A model generated the notes under the pieces. That model did not search any database. It had not been told where the DNA came from and saw only the letters and a program-made list of their open reading frames with translations. This document shows positions 38,368-49,667 of a DNA stretch of 64,000 nt, one piece after another. The DNA is taken from assembly GCA_022813865.1 (NCBI GenBank), contig JALDZX010000022.1, forward strand, positions 62,001-126,000, given 5' to 3'. How positions within the stretch are numbered: position 1 is the stretch's first letter; each line of letters opens with the position of its first letter. The position numbers and the translations under genes are program-made. Source of the DNA: Xylographa opegraphella (taxonomy: Eukaryota).

Positions 38368-40896
38368 ATGAGCTCGTCCAATGCCGCAAACAATATGGGC
38401 GGTTACTATCCATCAAACGTTCCACTGCCCACCGGCGACGACATTCCACCTCCTCACTTCTACAACACCCTTCCACTCCTGCCCGATCCTCCGAACCTGT
38501 CCACTGCCAATCTCGCCCGCTGGTTCGATCTCGACAGCAACAACTCAGCTACGGTGCCCAGAAGTGCTGCAAGATCGCGCCGACGAATTCCGCCGGGTGC
38601 GGACCACGTCAAACATCGTCGGACAAGAAGTGGCTGCTATACCTGCCGAAGCCGTCGAGTCAAGGTACCTGCCTCATCACGCCTTTGGAACCTGAGACAT
38701 TGGTGCTGACCAGGGTTGCGTTCTAGTGCGATGAGACGCATCCCGTCTGCAAGAGTTGGTGTCTCACTTTAAAGTACTCATGCTCATGGGCTAATTTGCC
38801 TGGTGCTGACAGGATGTGCGAAGGGCTCAAGAGACTGCAACTATCCTGAACCGCTCTCAGCCTCTAAATCGACCTCCGGATCGAAATCGAGTCAAACCCA
38901 TGACACAATACCGGAAGACGACGGGTCGTCCTCAGAAGAATATGACGAGGATGATACAGAAATTTCATCAATCACTGCTCAGGGCGCTTCGGAATCACTT
39001 CACACACAAATACCTCAGCCATCGGGGTCAAACCCGAGGTCCACTTCTCAGAAGCAAAGTCTACAAAACATCGGCCAGGCATTTGCGGCACCGGCCTCCA
39101 TAAGCAAGCTCAAGGAGAAAAGTCTTTCACCCTCTGCGGACGATTCCAGTGCTTTTTCCAAGTCTCGGTCTAACTCCACCACTTTTGACAGCCTGGGCCA
39201 GACGTCCTCGGTCTCACCAGGAGCTTCGCAGGAACTTCCGCAGTGGTCACATTTGGATAGAGAAATCCAGCGCCTCCTTCACTACCACCAGACACATCTT
39301 ACATATCATCACTACTTCTTCAAGCATGGGGGGACCCATTTTGTGCATACCACGCTACTGGAGACCGCACTCGAATACAAGCCATTGTTATACGCATTGG
39401 TCGGATTCGCTGCATTTCACGAGACTACGAAAAAGCCAAACGGCAAGATCGGAGACTTTCTCGAATGGTACAATAGATCGGTCACGAAGCTGTTGAAGTA
39501 TCTCAAAGGAGGTCGCAAGCACAACGAGGCAACTCTGTTAACAATACTGCAGCTTGCAGCCTTTGAGGTATGTTAGTATCAATCGGTTCTTGCCCTGCAA
39601 CGCTTGCTGACGGGAGGGACTAGGAATACCTTGGAGATTGGGTCAATCTTCTCAGTCATCAAAAGGCCGCCTATGAAATGTTGTTGGAAATATACACACC
39701 AGAAACGATCATGCAAACAGAGACGAGCCGCAAGATCCTGGGTTGGTACACGAGATTTGACATTTTCGCGGGACTCATGTCCGGGGACAAGACTGTTCTC
39801 AGTCGAGAATGGATTGCCGCATCCGAAGTATTTTATACGAGTCTGGCGAACAACGAGCCCAGCAACCTGGATTATCAAATTGAGAGTAACATTGCTATGC
39901 ATCGACTGATTGCAATCGACATGACACTCCTTTTCGCCCGGTTACCGCGAGGTGACATCTCGATGGCAGACTTCCATGTCGAGAATGATCTCGTCGCGCG
40001 TCGCATCTGTAATCTCCAACAGCAGCTGGCACCCTTGCTTGCGAAAGACGAATATCGCGTCTGGACATTCGACGAAGCAGCCGAACGAGATCCGAATGAT
40101 ATCGTCGATCCGTACGTCCCGGGTCTTCTCTTCCACGGCCCTCTGTTCACGATCAACTATATCAAGATCAACTGGTACGCCATCGAAACCATGCACCGTT
40201 ACCAAACTTCCGCAATACTGCAGCAGCCACCGCCACCGGACCTCTACCGCCTGGCGTTGGAGCAGTGCAGATTGCTCGAGGCAATCGAATACTGGAGCGG
40301 CAGCCCGGCGGGAGCGGTCCTCCCGGCGCAAGCCAGCCTGGCCATGAACTGCCTCTTCCTGCCGCGCGACGAGAAACACATCATGTGGTGCCGGCGGAAA
40401 CTCGCCAAGATTGAAAGCATGGGGTATGTCCTCCCCACCCGTCCGTAATGGAAACCCCCCAGAACGAAGCCTTCGCTAACCTCCCCCCCTCCATAGCTAC
40501 ATCTACCCCTCCTCCTTCCGCACCAAGATCGCCGAGCTCTGGAATCTGCCGGAGATCGAGCACTGGTGGCTGCCGCACGAGGAAGGCTACCCGCCCATCA
40601 TCAAGTCGATCCGGGCCTTCATCGAGGAGCGCACGCGCGCCCCGCGCGACCAGGGCTCCGAGGACGTCCGCAACATCAAGGGCATGTTCGCCAAGCTGGG
40701 TGTCGACGACACCAGCCCCAAGGACAGCCCCGAGAGCTCCTCCAGCGTCGGCGCCGGCGCCGGCTTTTCCGCCCCCGCTGCTTACGAGCAGGTGCCTTCG
40801 TTCGAGAAGGGCGGCGACCGCTGGTTCGATGCCCGCATGGACGATGCCTCGTGGGAGGGCGGCGCCGAGCAGACTTATTACCTCCCGCCGCGGTGA
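38368..40896 (+). CDS. Zn(II)2Cys6 transcription factor with fungal-specific TF domain
   Basis: Spliced KHRRTRSGCYTCRSRRVKCDETHPVCKRCAKGSRDCNYP, plus PLLYALVGFAAFH, LLTILQLAAFEEYLGDW and WCRRKLAKIESMGYIYP. Four introns. Confidence 0.93.
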
Positions 40897-41077
40897 GGTC
40901 GGTCGGTCGGTCGTGCAGAGTGGGGGAGGGCGGTAGTGGATGTATACACTATCAAGCCCGCAAGCGGCACCACGGCAAGGGGGCAATGGCGGTCAACGGT
41001 GGAGATAGGTGGCGGGGGGGGGGGCGTGAGCCACGACATACCGTGGAAGCGCATACACGACGTATTCACGAATGTGA

Positions 41078-41098
41078 GGGGAGGGGAGGGGAGGGGGG
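41078..41098 (+). repeat. (GGGGA)n G-tract array, potential G-quadruplex
   Basis: GGGGAGGGGAGGGGAGGGGGG downstream of the Zn2Cys6 stop, with further poly-G runs near 41014-41024 and 41328-41337. Confidence 0.6.
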
Positions 41099-42095
41099 CG
41101 CGCAAGGCTCCGGCAGCTTGCGTTCCCACGACCAAGCCCCAAGAAGGGGGAAGTTGGGGATCTGCCGGCGGTGGTATTCACGGGGGTCGCGGAGACCTGC
41201 ACGGCTGCGTTTTCTTGTATATAGGCTGCATCATCCATATCCATACCTATCCGTATCGGTACCGAGCGCCTCCTCCGCTATAGACCAAGGGCTTTGCCAC
41301 CAGCGGGATTATTCGGGGGCGGACGTTGGGGGGGGGGCAGGGGAGCCGCGCAATAGCACACGGCAGGCAGGCTTTTAGGAGAAGCGAGAGCGAGCGATAC
41401 ACTCGATGGGGAAACACCTTCACATATTCTCCTCGTTTTGCGCACACACGGTGCCTCTTGGTCTCTCTCGCACATGCAACGTTCTTTGCTTAAGGTATAT
41501 ATATATGGGGGTGGGGAGTTGGGATAGATGGGTCTCCGATGGGGAATGCTGAGGAGGTAATGTCGAATAGTGCTGCGCTTTTGTGGTTCTTTCGGCCCCA
41601 TCGTGCCGTATCCTGTGCCATTGCATTTACGTTGTGAGGGGTATCTGCCACCCTTTCCGCCGTCCGTCATCAGAAGAAGAATCGGTGAATCTACCTTTGT
41701 CCTAGCTACCAGTAAGGACCCGACCCACCGACCGGCCGTGATTGCGTAGGTCCTCCAACGCGGTGGTCCCGCCCCCGTCGCAGCGTGCACGGAACGAAAC
41801 CGAGTGGTGCTTTCATCTTCGGCGTCCGAGGTGGAGATTTTCTTTGCGGAAGGAGAGTGTTTGGAAGTTGAGGCGAGAAAGAGAGAGGAAAGGGGTCGAT
41901 GAAGCTGCTATGGGGGTGAGGTAAGACATCCTGTCGTCGGACTCCCCGCTATCATCTCCAGACCTTTTTATTCCGTAACAAGAAGTCGATGCACTTCCTG
42001 TAACTGTTCCAAGGGATACCTAACCGATGCTGCTGTCAACAAGTTCCCGAGCAGTGCAGACGCCAAGTCGAAGATTTCATATGACAGCTGCCTCC

Positions 42096-43885
42096 TCAGA
42101 CCTGCCGAGTGAATAGGGCAATCATGCCCTGGTCCCCTACAACAACCATCCACTCCCCACCTACGCTCCAAGCAGCCTGTCGCGAAGCAAAGGTCACTCG
42201 CGGCACCACGTGTGTTCGGTGAGGGATCAGTGCTCTGAACGGATCGTCGACGGCGAACTTCAGTCTGGCTCTGGAGTGGCTTTCCACGGAGTCGTCCGTG
42301 GCAGTGAGGGAGGTGGAGTGGAACCGGTGGTTTGGGTCCACGGAGGAGCCCGTGTTGGTGGTGGTGGTCGTCGTCGACGCGATGCTGGATTCTCGTTGCT
42401 TCGAGAGGACTTTCCGTGCGATCCCCTTCTTAGCCCGCGGAACCTTGAACCTGGTGTCGTTGTCATCCTCATCGACCTCCTTCGAGGCACCGTCCCATTC
42501 TTCGAGGCTTTGCAAGTCCCAGAAGAACACCTTGCTCTTCTCGTTGCCGATGACCAAGATCGGCCGCATCCCAGGTTGGCAAAAGAGGGAGAAGCGCATG
42601 TAGAAAGGCGTGGTCTCGAGGGCTTCAAACTGAAGTAATCTCTGATATGTCCCACCGAAAGCAGATCTCGTCGGCCGAAATTCATGGGTGGTAGGTGCAG
42701 AGCTGGGCGAAGGAGGAGTATTCGAGGAGTCGAAGCCCTCAATGCGCCAGAGAACAATCATATTCTCGTTGGCACATTTGGAAAGGATAAGATCGTGATA
42801 CCAGGCAACACTACGGATGGTCAGAAGATGGGAGTGGAAAAAGAAGGTTGGTCTGACCAGTCTACGAAGTCGGTATGGATGGCGCTTGATGAAAAGTGAG
42901 GGTAGTGAATGATGGTTGGCTTGTCCGTCCCCGTGGCGTCGTTCGGAAGGTCCGGTATCGTCCACAGATTGACTACGCAATCCATACCGCCGGTCAACAG
43001 ATAACGACCCGAGGGGTGGAATGCCTCATCTGTCAGCAAGCTTCTGATCGTTCAGCTGTCACGACCTCGGTGAACCTACCAAGGTTAACAAACCCTCTTT
43101 GTGACCCTCACCCCCACATATTAGCATACAGCGCTGATGCGCATGCGCAGGATCTAAGCTCCAGAACCGCACTGTGTAGTCCATAGACGCCGATGCAAGG
43201 ATTGCAGGCGACACCGGTGAGACTGCAAGATCGTTAATTTCCTTGGTCCAGATCAGCAAGAGCTCATTTAATTCTCTGTAGGCTGTATCACGTACTCTAC
43301 CATGACCTATGAGTGTCTGCTCGGTCAGCCGTGCGCGTTCCGACACGCAAGGGAGGTCGCTCACCTTGACAAGCTCCCCGGTTCGAACATTGAGGATTTT
43401 GATGGTGGGTGGCTGTCCAGCCACGCACAGCAGCGGATCTCCGGTGGCAAGGTCTTGGGACCACACACAGCTGTTGTTTTCCTGAAAGGACCGTCAGGCT
43501 CCAACAGTCAGAAAGAATGCTTGGTCGAAATACATCGTCATCTCTGAACCAGCGAACAATATCGACGCCCGACTCATCGCCCGTGCGAGGACGACAGACG
43601 ATGGTCTGTTCCAATTGAGTCAGCTCGGCACTCTTCCGAGCGTGAGACGACTCGCCTCACGCTTCCCCACAGTCGCAAAGACTGGATCGAGGCCAGGCGA
43701 AGTGTAGGGATAGAATTGGCAGCCGAAGAACTGCGTTGCTTCTTGCTTTTTGTCGAGCGACTAGGCCAACATGAGCTACAGCGGCTTCGTCGGTTTAACG
43801 GAGGTCGCGTGTCGCGAGAATGGGGTCTTACGTTGATCCTCGCGATACTTTTGACGGTTGGGAAGGCCGAGTCCGAGGATGTCAT
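42096..43885 (-). CDS. EED: Polycomb repressive complex 2 WD40 subunit EED/ESC
   Basis: FYPYT..DPVFA, PLLCVAG..IKILNV..TLIGHG-EINDLAVSP..ILASASMDYTVRFWSL, EGHKEGLLTL-AFHPSGRYLLTGGMD, HYPHFSSSAIHTDFVDCVAWYHDLILSK, FYMRFSLF and RQAAWSVGGEWMVVVGD. About 7 introns, including one GC-AG. Confidence 0.92.
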
Positions 43886-44866
43886 ACCGCCCGGAGATAG
43901 CTCCTGTTATTTACGGCGAAGACGTTCGAAGCAGCTTTCACACTAGCTGTGTTCGTCGTTACGTACTGAAGCGACCATTGTCTACGCCAACAGCTCGCCG
44001 AACTTGGTGGTGAGATCCCCTTCGGACGCAGGCGTCTTTTGGACAATATCGAACGAGGTCCCACTTCCACTGCTTCAGTCTCGTAACGATGTCGGCCTCT
44101 TACTGGGAGCTAGGCAGGGGTACGCGGCCCGTCAATTGCCCGATTCCAACGGTGATTTCATCGAAGGCTCGGAAGTGAGGAAAGCGCAGCGACGGGTGAG
44201 CATGATGAGCATGGCTATGTTTGTCGCTCTCTTCTTCCATGACAGGCACTGCTGGTGGGAATAATAGCACCATGTGCATCAACGCCATTCAAGGTGTGCT
44301 ATCACGAGGCGGCTTACTCCGTGTAGACGGGTGAAGTCGTCCCGACTGGTTGGAGCGCTGTAGCTGAAGCTACGGAGTACCTCCGTACTCGGTACAGCAC
44401 ATCATAAGAGGGGTTAGGATGTGGAGGGACTGGGACTGGGGTTGAGCATTATTCTGTGGGTTGCGCATTCTGTGGCTGAAGGTTTTCCGTTTCTGGCACG
44501 AACGTTCATCGTCGATTGAACCTTTCACTACGTAATCCACCCAATCAGCGGGGGAGTTGAACGACGCCATGCTACGTCAGATGCCGCCCCGCTGCCCCTA
44601 TCCTACTTCGTAAACGGCTTGCTTTCCAGCCTGGGCGGAGCATGGGGGAGGCCCGCGCCCGCGACCATCGAGGAAATGGCTCCCCCATCGCGAATAATAA
44701 TATTAATGTGCGGGTTCCGGACAAGCCAGCGAAAGAAGTGAGCCAAAGAAGTGATGCGCGCCTGGTCCCAAAAGCGAAAGGCAGAAGTGGGACCTCCCTC
44801 ACCCACCACCACGGTGAAGAAATAATAATATATTTTGCTTCTGCTTGTCCCCGACCCACCCTGGCC

Positions 44867-44909
44867 TCTGCTCTCTCTCTGTCTCGCTCTCTCGCCCTCT
44901 CTCTCTCTC
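44867..44909. repeat. Imperfect (CT)n microsatellite / pyrimidine tract in the EED-PAS divergent intergenic region
   Basis: tctgctctctctctgtctcgctctctcgccctctctctctctc. Confidence 0.7.
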
Positions 44910-46352
44910 CGCTCCGCTGTGCCGGAGTGAAAGGGCTGGGAGCAGAGATCGAAAAAAAAGAATGGATGCGGCTACGTGCTGCATCAGTCATAATAACTCC
45001 GTCCCCGGCAAGCCCCGGCAACGTTGCACCGCGCCCAATGGTGATCGGCCGTTGAAATTCTTAAACCGAGTCTCCACGTAAACGACCGTTGATCTGCAAG
45101 CACAGCACTACTTTGTATTGCTAACCTCCATTATTCTGCTTTGCTCCTTTCAAACTTGACTCCTCCCCCCCCCCCTTGCCACCAAAGCGTGCGGTTGTCT
45201 CTCTAGCGCGCGAGCGACAGCCATAGTTCGTCTGATAGAGGTCATTGCCGGTCGCCGAGCCAGAACAACGGTCCAGTGCAGAGTGATTCCCTATTCCTCC
45301 CAGCCTCTTGACAGATCTCCTTGACCAGTGACCACAACTCTCATATCATGCGACATTAGGCCCAAACTTCCCATTCTGAACGCTCCATCACCTGTGCCCG
45401 CCGTATCCTTCTTTTTCCGCGGCCGACACAGGCTGTGCCTCTTGATATATCAGGAGCGCTTCCACATGCCCAGCGTGCACTCGGACTAGTGGCGTGGAAG
45501 CCAAAGGTGACCTAATCCTCTCCTTCTCCTCGCATTGGGCTGTTTGCGTGAGGGTCTTCAGACTAATGCCATATATCGCAGAGCGCAGAAAAGGCACACA
45601 GCAACGAGCAGAGTGCACCGAGCAAAGAAGAAGCAGGAGAAGAAGAAGCAGAAGCAAAGCCACTGCCATCCCACCAGCCACGCATCCGTCCATCGTCGAT
45701 CGAAGACAGAAAGGGTCCAACCTAGTGCCATTCCGTGGACCAACTCTCTTCGTTTGCTGCAAACCCCCCAACGTCTTTCCCCATTACCTGGTTCGGCCAC
45801 CTGATTCTCATTTATTGCCGGGCTATCGGATTCCAACCCCCAGACGGCGACTCCTCTCGACTGAAGTCTAAAGACCTAAAGAGTACAGCCGAAGCTTTCA
45901 CCCGGCACTGAGCCATTAAACTGCCAAGCTGCTGTGGCTGCAACGGCCGTCTCCTTCGTGGTGGTACAAGTACCCGCCCACGCGGGTTGGGTGATACACA
46001 ACACTTTCGAGCAGACTCGACCCATCGGCCCCCTACCTGCCCGTCGACCTTCTTCCGGCACCGTGCACCTCTATCAACGCAGTCGTGTGTGACAGCAGCA
46101 TTGTGGATCCATCATCCAAAAGGCACTTGTCACTGGGCCACATCGTGCACTTGCTCCTGGTCATCTGCCCTCCTCACCCACGTTGAAAACGAGTGTGCAC
46201 GCTTGAGCCTGAGCGTTGCAATTCATTGCGTATGTAGCTACACAGCTCCATATCCGGGCCCCGATCACGCTCAGGGCCTACCCGCCAACACACCCACAGC
46301 GTTATATTGACCTCCGAGCTTTCCTCGTGGCGGTGTTGTCCGCGCTTGCATC

Positions 46353-48170
46353 ATGGAGACAACGTTCATCTCCATTCATGGTGAGTCGTCGTGCCGTCAA
46401 CACTTGACGTTATGATCTGCCACTGATCCTAGTCCTATTCTAGATCTCTCGCTCGATGCCAGGCTACTGTACGTGTCGTCCTCAGTCACTGATATCCTCG
46501 GTTACTCCCCCCAGGAGATAGTGGGAAAATCATGTTGGGAATACTTCCATCCCGACGAGATTCCCTTCGCTCGAGCCATCCATGGCAAGGGAGTACAGCT
46601 CGACAAAGCAGCTGTCCTCAACTACTGCAAGATTCGGGACAAGCAGGGGTATTGGGTCGGGTGTGAATGCGTCTTCACCATCGTGCACGACGTACTCGTT
46701 GCGAGTACCAGTATATATCGGAGAGGGAGGAAGAGTCTGAGTGGGTGCTGAAAGCTCCTTTTCCTTTTCATTTCACTGATCCTGAAACCAGAGCGTGCTT
46801 CCGAGGCTCCCATTATCCGTCGACTGTTTTCGTCCTCACCTCGAGATCCGCGCTATCATATGCTTACGTACATATCTGCGAAATTTTCCCAACCAACCAA
46901 AGCACTTGCACATGAGCCTCGAGCAGCACTTTTCCTCAATCGATTCACAAGAACTCTGACGATTATGTACGCCACCGACGGACTGTCCAGCTTATTGGGC
47001 ATATCGTCACAGGAGCTGAATGGCAAGAGCTTCTACTATTGCATACAAGAAAATTGTCTGCAAGAAGCGGTCAAGTGCTTAGAAAGTGCAAAGGCGAACG
47101 ATTCCATAGCTTACCTCCGCTTCTGGTATCGCGATCCACGGATAGACTATGCGACCGACCACGACGATGCCATGTCGGAGACTCACAGCAGCGATGATGA
47201 CGACGGAGGCGTCGATCTCAATACACGTATGGATACAGACAGCAGCGACTTTAACGCGTCCAGCGACCATTCGTACTCCAAATCGCGCAGTTCTGCCGAA
47301 GGGGGTGCAAGCATTGTCCAGAATGGCAGCGCGAACGGACACCGGGGATCCATGGAGCCTAATTCACGTTCTTCTTCTGGTAACAGTACGGATCTCGGTG
47401 ACAATGCTGCTGATTTCATGTTTGACGAACCTCCTACAGCACATTCATCGTCGTCGGACATGTCGTTGGGAAGCGGAACGCACTCACAGAACCACCCCCA
47501 GCAGCCAATCCAACCGCAAGGTCCGCACATCGAACTGGAAGCGGTCGTCTCATGCACATCCGATGGCTTAGTAGTCATACTTCGAGCCGCTCGTCCGTTA
47601 CTTTCACATTCGATGCGTCCGTCGCATCAAGCTGCGGAACCTGTCTACGCCAATGGCTTGTTCGCGTCCCCGTGGGCGGAGCAACCCATCTTACCTCAAG
47701 CACACCAGCATAATGGTTACAATCATCGCGCTTACCAACCCAGTCCGGGGCTTTCCGCGGCAACGCTTTCAGGTCCGCAGCCCGGGGACTTTATGCAATC
47801 CATCCGCGAGGTGGCCGTCTTCGCCTGGGCCTTGACTGGTATAAACGGGTCAATGGACCAGTACAGCCGAGGCACTGCTTCGGGCGAATCTCAACCACCA
47901 GGTGGTCTGCCTATTTGGGATCCACACGGTAAGACTGGAGATCGACGTAGGTCGTTCAAGGGCGGAGATGTCTGTTCAGGCCAAATCGATCCCAGCCCTT
48001 ATTGGCCTTCAATGGACCGGAACGGCGTGGAGGCATGGGACGCGCAGAGCCGGGTCAGACACTGGAGCGGAACGCAGAACCTCCTCTCGACCGCCCCTCC
48101 AGCTCATTCGTCACCGCAAAGCGAGGACGAACTGGCCGCTGCCGCCGCTCGGCGAACGCTGTGGCGTTGA
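46353..48170 (+). CDS. Conserved fungal tandem PAS-domain protein
   Basis: METTFISIH/DLSLDARLLYVSSSVTDILGYSPQEIVGKSCWEYFHPDE (PAS 1) and EPRAALFLNRFTRTLTIMYAT..LNGKSFYYCI..ELEAVVSCTSDGLVVILRAARP (split PAS 2). Introns at about 46381-46443 and 46741-46790. Confidence 0.88.
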
Positions 48171-48603
48171 AAGCCTGCTGTTGTTGTCTGCGATCGTTTT
48201 CGGTTTTGGGGGAGGGTGTTTTTTTTCTTTCCGTTCTAGCTAGCGTGGGCGGACAGCGTTATACCTGGAAAAAAAAGGGGGCGGCGTCGGAAATGCCATG
48301 CGATGAACGGGACGAGAACACAAAAGAACCCAGCACATGGCGTTCGGGTTCTGTAGATGTCCGGTGGGCGGTTGGGGGGGGGGGTGGACGTCTTGGTCTC
48401 CTCCGGGACAGCGAGGCACTTCTGCATTACAGTACGGCTCTGCTTTTTAGTTAGAGACGGAGAGATCGCGAGGTCGCCCTTGCCTAGTTCGCGCACTTGG
48501 TACCTGGTTTTTTTCTTGTTTTTCTTTCTTCCTTCGACGCGTTCCCCCGGCTGTGGGTCGAACGCCTATGGTGGCGTAGATTATTAGAAGAAGTGGTGCT
48601 ATT

Positions 48604-48826
48604 CCTCTCCTCCCCATTCGGTGGTGCTCTCGCTCTGCGCTTCTTCGGCTCCAGTGTCGTGCTCAGCTGACCTCCCTCGCTGGCTGCTCCAACTTTTCTC
48701 CTCTATCCGTCCCTCTCCTCCCCATTCGGTGGCGCTCTCGCTCTGCGCTTCTTCGGCTCCAGTGTCGTGCTCAGCTGACCTCCCTCCCTGCCTCCTTCAC
48801 CTTTCTTCCTCTGTCCATCCGTCCCT
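48604..48826. repeat. Tandem duplication, about 108-bp unit, 2 copies
   Basis: CCTCTCCTCCCCATTCGGTGGYGCTCTCGCTCTGCGCTTCTTCGGCTCCAGTGTCGTGCTCAGCTGACCTCCCTC at 48604 and again at 48712, with one mismatch over about 75 bp followed by diverged tails. Confidence 0.9.
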
Positions 48827-49667
48827 CCGCCTCCGCCTCCACCCTCGCACCCACACACACACGGCTAGCAGAGTCTCCTGCGCGCAACGTGTACTTGGGG
48901 CTTGTGTACTAGCTGTTTACTGTCGACTTGCTGTCCGTATACCATCTGTCTATCACATGTCCTCCATCTGTTGACCATCTGTCTACCACGTGTCTGTCTG
49001 CCATTCACCTACATTCTGGCCTACCATCTGTCTTCCATCTACCTACCATTTACCAAGCGGCCGTAGCAGGAGCGACACGCAGATCTAAACGTAGGTAGCG
49101 AGGTACCCCCAGCCGAGCAGGAAGCACGGCATATTGGGCGTCGGCCTGGCTGTGGGAGAGGTGCGAGGGCTGGAGATGGAGAGTAATAGGGCGTGTTCCC
49201 GGGCCAGAAAGGCGACAACAGTGCTATAGAGCCTGCTTTATTCCTATTCATCAATAAGCGAAAGAGCGGGATTCGATGACCGTTCGGAAGCAGGGCGGCG
49301 CGTGCGTGCGTGATGCAGCAGCGGTAGCTGCAGCTGCTGCTGTGGGAAATGGGCTCAAGCATCACATCACATCACGGCATGGTTGGCGGACATACAGCAT
49401 GAACGAAGGGGAAAGGTAGGTAGCGTGATTGGCCCGGGGTGTAGTCCCATATAGGACCCAAAGACCTTTCCAGTAGACTACATGATCTCGCCATATAAAC
49501 CATTTGTATATGCGTATCCGACCTCCCCGCGCACGACGGACAAGAAAGGATGCCCCATGAAGGATGCGCTGCGGATGAAGCAAAGAAAGCTGCTGCCAGA
49601 AGCCGCTCACGGACGGAAAAGAGAAACACCAGAATATCATAACGTCAGCTTAAGCTTTTCGACCGTT

